From Mayamaea pseudoterrestris (taxonomy: Eukaryota), in NCBI GenBank assembly GCA_027923505.1, contig BROI01000024.1, positions 248,001-312,000 on the forward strand: DNA of 64,000 nt, read 5' to 3'. A program made the translations under genes and the position numbers. This document shows, one piece after another, positions 8,488 to 16,313 of this stretch. Numbering within the stretch: the first letter of the stretch is position 1; every line of letters begins with the position of its first letter. The notes under the pieces were generated by a model that worked only from the letters and a program-made list of their open reading frames with translations, made no database searches and was not told where the DNA came from.

Positions 8488-11400
8488 ATCTTCTCGAACG
8501 TGAGAGGCCCTTGTGACTCCAACAGACTCGGATTGAGCTGCAGCAAGGAGGAGATAGCGGACGTAATCTTGCTGGGCAGAGGTCGCATCGCGAAGGATGC
8601 CGGAACCTGATGCGCCAAAGAAGAAGAAAGGATTAGATTGGTTAGATCAGCATCAGAGCGAGAGAGCTCGCGTGAAATAAGATCAGGCACCACGTTATCC
8701 AGTCCCATCCGCCATTGCGAGTAACAGCAGATGCCAAACTGCGCGCAAATCTCGGCGAGCAGGCGAGCGAGCAGAAGCATCTGCGGAGCAGCCGTTTCGT
8801 TGGAGAAGTTAGACCTTCGCAGCCATCCTGCTGCAGTCGTATTGTCGCCAAGAGCGAGTACGCAGTCTCCTTTGCGTAAGTGTCCTTCTGTCGCGGCAAG
8901 CCAGATGCCGACGAGTGGACCGACAAACTCGAGGACGTTTATATGATGAGCAGGCGCCCCAGGCGGAACAGCGAGTCGCCAGCCGTTGCCGATCGTCATA
9001 TCATGTCCACCAACTTGATGAAGACAAGCATCAGTCGGTATAACAAAGTCAGGAACGCGAGGCACGAGCAGATTGATATCCACGCCAGCACGAGCGGTGG
9101 CGAGTAGACGCAAGCAATGCTCCAAGTCGTGGCGTTCTGCGCGAGTCAATCGAGTGCGCTTATTGTATTTGCCATCTGCTGCCTCTGCGCGAGTCTTTGC
9201 TGAGTGAATACGACCAAGGCGAGGCCTCATTTCAAGTACAACAACAGAAACGTGGACGAGGCGACCAAAAAGCGTGTCGAGCGTGGCTGCCGTGACTAAA
9301 TAGCCTTGGCGATCGAGAAGCTCCTGGATATCCTCCGAGTAGATGCGATACTTGTCGGCAGGCAGGCTAATAAGGAGCTTGCGAGTATCAATCTCCCAGC
9401 CAAGGACCACTTGTATTTCAATCAATCCTCCTTCGGCAATAAGCTTGGAGACTGCAATTAAAGCGTTGCGCGGGAGAGGTTCGTCTCCACGCAATGGGCG
9501 ACCCATCAGGTCAAGCATCAATGGAACGGCATGAGCGCCTCGAAGGATTGCGTCGTCGCTAGTATGGACAATGAGACCAAGATGGTCGTCCAGGAAGACA
9601 TCAAAGAAGGGTAGACCATCCACTGGAATCAATTCTTTTACCGTTGTTGGGCGAGCAATGGCAAACGGCGTGGAAGAATCCGGATACACGACCGGCCTGG
9701 CGTTTATGTGAGCGACAAAGCGAGATTGTAGCGCGGCGGGATCCCAATGAAGGTCTCTAACCAAGTGGTTTGCCGCGTCTGTAACCGTCTCTGATAGATC
9801 ACTAAAGATGGCAGGGCATGGAGACCCTCCAAACGTCATCCGGAGCGCCAAAAGCGCGAGCGTGGAGTCAGTCGTGATCCCTTTTGTGGTGGTTGCCGCT
9901 TGGACGAGTGTTTCAAGGCCAAAATGACAGTTCTTGTAAGCCGATTTCCAATCATACTTGGGTAGATAGATAGGAAGCGTATTGTAGTCAGTCCGTGTAG
10001 CAATGAGTCTGCTTAGAAGGCGTTGCAAGGCAAATCCGTAGAAGACGGGTGGTAACTCGTCCTCCCTAACGCGATCGTTAACGGAGGTGCCGGCGTGCCG
10101 TTGACAGAACGTTTGATCGTGCGTAATTCGACCAGCCTCTTTGCGGGAGCCATCTGCTTGTAGCTTTAGTTGTTTAACGTAGCCAAAAGGAGCAACAGAT
10201 ACATTGGGCAGCAGATGAAGAGCTTCTAGTGGAAGCGGAAGGTGCCAGCCCTTTGCGGTCTCTTCTTGAAGCGTTTCCAAAACGGCGACTCGTTCCTTCG
10301 TTGCCGACTTGTGGTTGCCGTACTCAAGGATTGCCTCCATCTCCTCCTTGCGGAGCTCCTCGGTTAAAGGAGTCAAAGGAAAGCAGGCGCCTTGAGTGAG
10401 TGTGCTGCGAACGCGCTGCCATGTAGGATGGCCAGCAAAGATGGGATCGAGCAACTCAATGGGGCGGAAATTTGAGCCCGGGCAGGTGGGCAGATTTTTG
10501 TTGGAGAACAAGAGGCTAGCTAAATCCATGTTGTTGGCTTGAAGGACTGCGAGGTTAAGCTGGGCAGCTTCGGCAGTCACAGTAAAGCGAAAAGGAGAAG
10601 GCAGCATTGGTGGAGGAGACCATAAAAGAGCTTGCTTGAAATTGCTCATCCAAGAAGACTCGTCTTGAGGCCATGGAGCGAGCGGGTAGTCAAGGCCAGG
10701 ATCCATAACCTCGAGAGGAATAGCTAACTCGGGGACGGGCGTGATGTGTGCCGGAACGGTGATGGACAACGGGATGGACTCGTCGGAGTGGTTATCCCCG
10801 TCGTGATTGTTTATGTTGATAGAAACGTCGTCGTCGTTGTTGTTGTTGTTGTTGTTGTTGTTGATGGCAACAGAACGAGAGGACGAGATGGATGGCGCTG
10901 GCCGAGACTGGTCGGTTGATGGCGTAACAGCACTAGGAGTGCGATGGATCTGCTGGAATGATTCCCAGTAGATGGAAGGTGGCTTGGCGGATGGAATGGG
11001 CGTGGTGATGGCGGATGGGATGGATGGGGAAGGAACTGGAGAAGGCGGCAACTTACTGATATCTTTGTCGATCCGTTCAGCACTCAGATGAGTTGACATT
11101 GGATGCTGATGCTTTTGGCGCTTTGGAGCGCGAGCATGAGGGCGAGTAGCATCGAGGATGCGTTTGTCGGGCGGCGCCGACGCTGGTAACAGCTGGTCCA
11201 ATAGAGGCGACTCGCCTGGTGGACGTAATGGCGTAATGGCGGACTCAAAGAGCGCGGCGGAAGCCGATGCTGTAATAGTCTTTGCCACGCGGGGATCCCG
11301 AGTATCGAGCGAGGAAGACGACGGCAATTCCACTGACTCGAGGGTACGAGACCCCGTCATGTCAATTGGAGCGGCCGCCGATCCTCTAACGCTCGATCCT

Positions 11401-11912
11401 CGCTGGGATGAATTAGAAGAGGAAGAACTCTGTCTAATAGAGGCAACAGCCTCGATGCCGTCCTTTGGACGACTGTCCTGGACTAGAGGCAATGCCCCGC
11501 GTGGCGCTGGTAGGAGAGTGTCGGAGGCGAAGGTAACTCGGGCCGCCACCGGCGTGTTGGGTTTAGTAGTGAAGGACTTAATGATAGATGCCTTGGGTAT
11601 AGTAAGCTCAAGTAGTGATGCCTGTTGACGTCGTGTAGGTCGAGGCGAGCTGATGTGTCTTGACGCCAGAGGCCTAGCTAAGTAGCGTTGGCTTGGGGAT
11701 GTCGTACTCAATAACGGGTAGCGTCGCAGTGTGGAACGTAGTTCGCGAGCAACTTGGAGCGATTTGCGTCGGCCGATTGGACTTGTTGTACTTGCTAAAG
11801 AAGCATGTAGATAAGGGCTGGAACCAGACTCTACTATGTTATCCTCTGCGTCTTTAGTAGTTTGTAAGGCTCCTCCATCGTGGCTTTCCGCCAGCCACGT
11901 GGAGGAGAGTCC
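8214..11912 (-). CDS. Pol: reverse transcriptase + RNase H (frame open from just after the gag TGA)
   Basis: RT motifs KYDWKSAY, LRMTFGGSPCP, FLDD, LGWEIDT; RNase H motifs TDAC, HINVLE, GDNT, DNVVPDLISR. Long low-complexity N-terminal linker. No stop codon between 11912 and the track start at 11711 (hand-translated). Confidence 0.9.
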   Translation of the reverse strand, partial: GLSSTWLAESHDGGALQTTKDAEDNIVESGSSPYLHASLASTTSPIGRRKSLQVARELRSTLRRYPLLSTTSPSQRYLARPLASRHISSPRPTRRQQASLLELTIPKASIIKSFTTKPNTPVAARVTFASDTLLPAPRGALPLVQDSRPKDGIEAVASIRQSSSSSNSSQRGSSVRGSAAAPIDMTGSRTLESVELPSSSSLDTRDPRVAKTITASASAALFESAITPLRPPGESPLLDQLLPASAPPDKRILDATRPHARAPKRQKHQHPMSTHLSAERIDKDISKLPPSPVPSPSIPSAITTPIPSAKPPSIYWESFQQIHRTPSAVTPSTDQSRPAPSISSSRSVAINNNNNNNNNDDDVSININNHDGDNHSDESIPLSITVPAHITPVPELAIPLEVMDPGLDYPLAPWPQDESSWMSNFKQALLWSPPPMLPSPFRFTVTAEAAQLNLAVLQANNMDLASLLFSNKNLPTCPGSNFRPIELLDPIFAGHPTWQRVRSTLTQGACFPLTPLTEELRKEEMEAILEYGNHKSATKERVAVLETLQEETAKGWHLPLPLEALHLLPNVSVAPFGYVKQLKLQADGSRKEAGRITHDQTFCQRHAGTSVNDRVREDELPPVFYGFALQRLLSRLIATRTDYNTLPIYLPKYDWKSAYKNCHFGLETLVQAATTTKGITTDSTLALLALRMTFGGSPCPAIFSDLSETVTDAANHLVRDLHWDPAALQSRFVAHINARPVVYPDSSTPFAIARPTTVKELIPVDGLPFFDVFLDDHLGLIVHTSDDAILRGAHAVPLMLDLMGRPLRGDEPLPRNALIAVSKLIAEGGLIEIQVVLGWEIDTRKLLISLPADKYRIYSEDIQELLDRQGYLVTAATLDTLFGRLVHVSVVVLEMRPRLGRIHSAKTRAEAADGKYNKRTRLTRAERHDLEHCLRLLATARAGVDINLLVPRVPDFVIPTDACLHQVGGHDMTIGNGWRLAVPPGAPAHHINVLEFVGPLVGIWLAATEGHLRKGDCVLALGDNTTAAGWLRRSNFSNETAAPQMLLLARLLAEICAQFGICCYSQWRMGLDNVVPDLISRELSRSDADLTNLILSSSLAHQVPASFAMRPLPSKITSAISSLLQLNPSLLESQGPLTFEKIWLGTVGCSSLSELVSQTIPSWTAAPTATASISSSPSSIPFAKASTPSQQKARMHWLLDLSVPPSMVWLRPLRPRVTPILAKTNEATRHPS
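11870..11907 (-). promoter_or_regulatory. Stem-loop 3' of the gag stop; putative readthrough stimulator
   Basis: Sense strand CTCCTCCA-CGTGGCT [GGCGGAA] AGCCACG-A-TGGAGGAG: 15-bp stem with one bulge, beginning after a 5-nt spacer 3' of the TGA. Confidence 0.65.
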
Positions 11913-14138
11913 TCACGGCGCGTCGTTGTGAGCTTGCTTTTGCGCCTTGACGAACGCTTTAAAGAGGAGGGCATCCGACTGAGAGAGCGGTTCATGCGCA
12001 TGCGGGCAGGCTTTCCAAGTACACTTGCCCGAGCAGAAGAACTTGAGGCAGGGCTGGAGGCGATTGCCGTTCACTGTAACCTTGGGGCAGTTGCCCATTT
12101 CGCCCGAGGGAAAGACTACCTTGATGGGCTGGCGAATCTTGCACTCCGCGTCATACGCTTGGTTTACCTTTGCCTTGCTCCCATTGTTGGTCTTGGTGAG
12201 TTTGGGAGGCGAGTCTTGGCCGTTGTGTCCGCCACCATTGTTGTTGGAGCCGTTGCCGCCGCCGCCGCCGCCGAAACGCTTCTGGTTGGCGCTATTAGCG
12301 AAGGAGGCCGCCATTACCGATGGAAGGAACTTAATGAGGCAAGTAGGGATGCAGGAGTCAGCGACTCGATCGCAATTAAGTTCTTCAATGAGGAAGGCAA
12401 ACTTGTCCAAGTACGTGGTGGTGAACGCGCCCGTGTCGTTGAGGCAGCGGAGCATGTGGTTGTTGATGAGGACGTCCACGTTGTTACTCAAATGAGCAAG
12501 GAAATCAGGCTTGTTTGTAACGTTCTGTTTGATGCGTTTAGTGTGGCCTTTAAGATCCTTTGCCAACTGGCGGAGGGTGGCGCCGAGGTAGGTCTTCTGG
12601 TTGGCCGTCGGGGCGATGCCAGCGAGGATATCAAAGACGTTGGCGAATTCCTCAATACCAGTCATCAATTCCTCTGGGGAATGAGGAAAGCTTGTTTTAA
12701 TCTCGCTGTGTTTCTTCATGGTAGACTCGCGTACATCGTTGCCATCAAGTTGCATGGATTCCTCGAGGAAGGCGGACGGGTTGATGGACTCGGTAGACGC
12801 CGTGAATCCCATGAGGGAGACGAAGAGATACTGGGAGCGATCCTTGGTAGGCAAGTCGCCGCGATGAATGAGTTGCGCCATCGAGGAAGGAATAATGAAC
12901 TGCGACGAGTACTCGTCGAGTGCCGCTTGGAGCAACTGTTGCGCGTTATCCTTCTTGGACGACAGGAGCGTTGTATGGAACGTGGATGGCTCGGTAGGGA
13001 TTTCCTTGGCTTCAGTCGTCGCCAAGCGAAGGAAAAGGCGTTGTTTGGAAGGCAAGACCTTGGACCAGCTGCCGACCGAGTCGCTGGATCCTTTCTGCTT
13101 GGAGAGGGTGGCAATCAAAGTGCGGTCCTCGTCGTTCTGACGCTCGAGCGTGGCGACTCGGGCTTCCTGAGCTTCATTTGCGACTTTGGCCTGGCGACGA
13201 AGCTCATCCAACATGGAGTTGAAGACGGCGAGGCTTTCCGCCTTGGAGGAATCCTTGTTGGTGTTGTTGCCGTCCTCGCTTCCTTCTTCATCTTTATTTT
13301 CGTCGTCGTCCTTTGAGGTGTCGTCGCTGCGTGTTTTCAATGCCGCTCCCGATGGCCAGTTGCGTTGCAGACGATGCTCGGTGACCTCGTTAAAGTCGGC
13401 GATTACTGGAGGCGGGATCTCATCAAGCTTCTCAATGACTGGAAGAGGAGGAAGGCGACCAATGAATGCTTTGTAGGCGGCGGAAGGAGTGGTCGTGTTG
13501 GCTTGTTTCATCAACCACCACAAGATGCGGGCAGGGAGGAAAGCGGCCGTCTTGATGTCGTCGCCGTGGATGTCTTTATAGTTTGACAAGCACTCAATGA
13601 AAGACAAGAAAGAGGTTTGCCAGTTCGCGTTAGAACCAAACTGCTCAAGGACGGCAAAAGCAAAAGGCGGCAACGGGATGCTTGCCGAGAAGGAGAGGGG
13701 ATTGGTTTCGTCGACTGCCATCCCCAAGTAATCGTCGGCGCCAAAGTTGTTCATGGCGTCATCGTCCAGAAGCATGCCAAAGGAAGGCGTGAAGAAAGCC
13801 TCTCCTGGATCAGTAATCACTTGAAGACTCGCGGGCAAGAGACGAACGACGTTCGCCCGCGCCGAGGGACCGTTGAAAGCAAATACGACAGGATCGTCGC
13901 CGTCTTCCAACTCGTAGACGATGGGATGATGGATCATGAGGAAATCAAGCTTGGTAGCCTTCAATCCAAGGACCAAGTAAAGGTCCTCCGGGCCGTGATG
14001 GAGCGCGTTGTGGCGGTCGGAAAGAGAGACACTTGAAAAAGCCGCGCTGTTGTTTGCCAAGTTGCCGTAGCTCGAGCGTGAGCGCTTGGCATCAGAGTAG
14101 AAGCGAAACCATGAGGTTGCAGAGGTGGAGAGCATCAT
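11913..14138 (-). CDS. Gag-like ORF1 of the retroelement with C-terminal CCCH zinc finger
   Basis: ATG lies 18 nt downstream of A1. Contains a coiled coil, a Gly-rich tract and C-x8-C-x4-C-x3-H (CLKFFCSGKCTWKACPHAH). Confidence 0.85.
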   Translation of the reverse strand: MMLSTSATSWFRFYSDAKRSRSSYGNLANNSAAFSSVSLSDRHNALHHGPEDLYLVLGLKATKLDFLMIHHPIVYELEDGDDPVVFAFNGPSARANVVRLLPASLQVITDPGEAFFTPSFGMLLDDDAMNNFGADDYLGMAVDETNPLSFSASIPLPPFAFAVLEQFGSNANWQTSFLSFIECLSNYKDIHGDDIKTAAFLPARILWWLMKQANTTTPSAAYKAFIGRLPPLPVIEKLDEIPPPVIADFNEVTEHRLQRNWPSGAALKTRSDDTSKDDDENKDEEGSEDGNNTNKDSSKAESLAVFNSMLDELRRQAKVANEAQEARVATLERQNDEDRTLIATLSKQKGSSDSVGSWSKVLPSKQRLFLRLATTEAKEIPTEPSTFHTTLLSSKKDNAQQLLQAALDEYSSQFIIPSSMAQLIHRGDLPTKDRSQYLFVSLMGFTASTESINPSAFLEESMQLDGNDVRESTMKKHSEIKTSFPHSPEELMTGIEEFANVFDILAGIAPTANQKTYLGATLRQLAKDLKGHTKRIKQNVTNKPDFLAHLSNNVDVLINNHMLRCLNDTGAFTTTYLDKFAFLIEELNCDRVADSCIPTCLIKFLPSVMAASFANSANQKRFGGGGGGNGSNNNGGGHNGQDSPPKLTKTNNGSKAKVNQAYDAECKIRQPIKVVFPSGEMGNCPKVTVNGNRLQPCLKFFCSGKCTWKACPHAHEPLSQSDALLFKAFVKAQKQAHNDAP

Positions 14139-14155
14139 GATGACTTGGAGGAAAG

Positions 14156-14483
14156 ACTTTAATCTATATTACTTGACTCGAGTCGGGATGATCGAGGCAA
14201 CAGAGACTGAAGAATGAGGACGATGGCAAGTGCTTGCAATCGATTGCAACTCGGGGAGACTCCGGCAGCTGGTCTTGGGGCTTACTTAGACAGGGTCACG
14301 TGCCCGAATCTTCACGACCAGATCCTTCGGAGTCGCCTAGGAATGACTTCGCGGGGAATCAATTCTCCGAACTTGAAGGGCGGGACGCCAGATGATGACG
14401 AAATTTGCCGAAGAACGGCTGCGTCATCATGACTAGGCTGTAGCCAATCACCACTTTCCATCCGACACTTCTGAATCCCAAAT
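14156..14483 (-). repeat. Repeat A1 (328 bp), 5' terminal copy
   Basis: Duplicate of 6763-7090. Confidence 0.95.
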
Positions 14484-15100
14484 CTACCAAAAACAGCTGC
14501 GCCGAATTTGGGGGCATACCGGTACTCACGTTCTCCCGTGTAAAAGCACTCGATAATTCGACGAGCACCCGTACAATGCCTCCATGCGGGACCATTATAC
14601 AAGCGTCACTCTCTATTATTGTTCTAAAAGCTCACTCATTATATAAAGATTAGTTTTGTCAAATAATAGAGAGTGCGACTCTAAAAACGAATGCGCGAAT
14701 GACCATGCAGTGGCTGATTGCCATCAAACAGCGCGGCAATGTGGCGCTCGCAAGGCCAAGGACTCGTTCGAAACCGGCGCAAAGGCACTTTTAGACAGAA
14801 GTGATCATGAAAAGATCATTGACGTGCAGTTCGACAGTCTTGGGCCATAATTTGTGGCATTGCATTCCATATGACGCCGGCAAGGAAGCGCGCAAATGAA
14901 TCCTTCACATTGCAGCGGTTCAAACATACTCAATCAAGCTCCGATTGACTTATTTTTAGCGTCATATGCACTGGATGATTGTATTGTATAAGCCTATGTA
15001 GTCTATATTGCTCCGTTACCTATATACAGCATAAACGGCGGGATCATGACCAGCGTGTCATGGTGATGGTCCGTTTTCGTCTGTCTGGCCTTGGTGCGTC

Positions 15101-16276
15101 ATGATTGAGTTTGTGGAGGAGAATGAGTGCCGGAGCGATGCTGGTAGGGCTACGATCGGCCGGCGCAGCGCGAAACCAGCTTGTACTTCTTTCCACTTCA
15201 TCATGCTTCATTCATCTTCCCATTTGCATGACATGTCAAAGTCAACAAGCTCACAAGACCAAAACGGTACATTCTTGCAAGCGATACAAAATCTCCGAAA
15301 GGTTGGACTCGACAAGAAGGATGTTTCTCACCACGCATCGCTTCGTCGCGCCAGCGTCATGGTCCTCTTGGTGCCGCAGGAAAACAACGATGTCTGTTTG
15401 CTATTGACGCAGCGATCCTTCAAATTAAGGTCACATCCCGGTGAAGTCTGCTTTCCGGGAGGCAAGCAAGACCAGGAGGATGACGAGAATGATGTAACCA
15501 CGGCTTTGCGCGAAACTCACGAGGAAATCGGATTGGAACGACATCACATTGACATTCTTTGTCGGTTACGAAGCATTGAAAGCCTCCATCACCTTTGCGT
15601 GACTCCTATTGTTGGATACATTCATGATTCTGCGACTTCTATAAACTTGCTGTCCCTACTGACAGTCAACTCGACCGAGGTGGAGTCCGTCTTTCTCGCA
15701 CCCCTCGCCTTGTTTCATCGAGCACCCTTACACCAACTCAATGTCGACTGGTCCAAGGAAATATTTGTCATGCGGCACTACGAATATACAACGACAATGA
15801 AGCAAGTGTACGAAATCACAGGCCTCACGGCGCACATTGCTCACCAAGTGGCAGAGATTGCGTTGGGAACATATTCCTCAACGGAACACTTGACAGACGC
15901 AGTTTCTACGGCAACAGCAACAACAGCTATCAATTACTCTGGCCAAGTTTGGATACAGCAGCAATCCAGTTTGGGACGAAGCTACTGGAGTAAACGCTTT
16001 CTCGTTTTGGACCGCCAAATCTTGCACTTGCACGACACGCCAGCGAATGCTTCGAGCAAGGCCACGTCGGCCACCAAGAAGAACCGCATGCTCTTGAAAG
16101 ACTCGACGTGTAGAGTCATGGCAGTGGAACATGATGTGGCCGGAAACAAGCAGGTCTTTGTCGTGAGCGTCTTGGAAGGACGAGTCGAGTGGCGCATGGC
16201 GGTTGAGACGACGAAAGAGCGACAAGCCTGGGTGAATGCCATCCTGGCATCCACGGGACTACACGAACTAGTATGA
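15101..16276 (+). CDS. Nudix CoA pyrophosphatase (NUDT7/PCD1-like) fused to a C-terminal PH domain
   Basis: LTQRS..LRSHPGEVCFPGG..TALRETHEEIGL (UPF0035 motif + Nudix box); PH-like YSGQVW...YWSKRFLVL...ERQAWVNAI. True start may be a downstream Met. Confidence 0.82.
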   Translation: MIEFVEENECRSDAGRATIGRRSAKPACTSFHFIMLHSSSHLHDMSKSTSSQDQNGTFLQAIQNLRKVGLDKKDVSHHASLRRASVMVLLVPQENNDVCLLLTQRSFKLRSHPGEVCFPGGKQDQEDDENDVTTALRETHEEIGLERHHIDILCRLRSIESLHHLCVTPIVGYIHDSATSINLLSLLTVNSTEVESVFLAPLALFHRAPLHQLNVDWSKEIFVMRHYEYTTTMKQVYEITGLTAHIAHQVAEIALGTYSSTEHLTDAVSTATATTAINYSGQVWIQQQSSLGRSYWSKRFLVLDRQILHLHDTPANASSKATSATKKNRMLLKDSTCRVMAVEHDVAGNKQVFVVSVLEGRVEWRMAVETTKERQAWVNAILASTGLHELV

Positions 16277-16313
16277 GTGAAAGACACAAATATTACAAAG
16301 CGATAGCAGATGT

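Larger units (their letters stand above)
6560..14483 (-). mobile_element. Full-length tyrosine-recombinase retrotransposon (DIRS order, Ngaro/PAT-like split direct repeats)
   Basis: Order on the minus strand: A1(14483-14156), gag, RT/RNaseH, YR, B1(7275-7091), A2(7090-6763), 18-bp spacer, B2(6744-6560). No target-site duplication and no DDE integrase or protease motif seen. Confidence 0.93.

Noticed and set aside
10828..10863. (GTC)n/(GTT)n microsatellite; also (CT)n at ~433-449 and GAT/GCA runs in TRM7
   Set aside because: Ordinary simple repeats, mostly encoding poly-N/D/A tracts
11913..11915. Selenocysteine decoding of the gag TGA
   Set aside because: No convincing eukaryotic SECIS (AUGA...AA...GA quartet) seen; the ATGATGACG stem in repeat A is Watson-Crick paired; no redox motif context
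11880..13316. 478-aa ORF antisense to gag
   Set aside because: Codon-register mirror of gag with a GTG start and no recognisable motifs; the expected shadow of biased codon usage
14207..14285. Possible 79-nt GTAAGC...TTCTTCAG intron within repeat A (sense strand)
   Set aside because: Supported only by short splice-like motifs; cannot be accepted without transcripts
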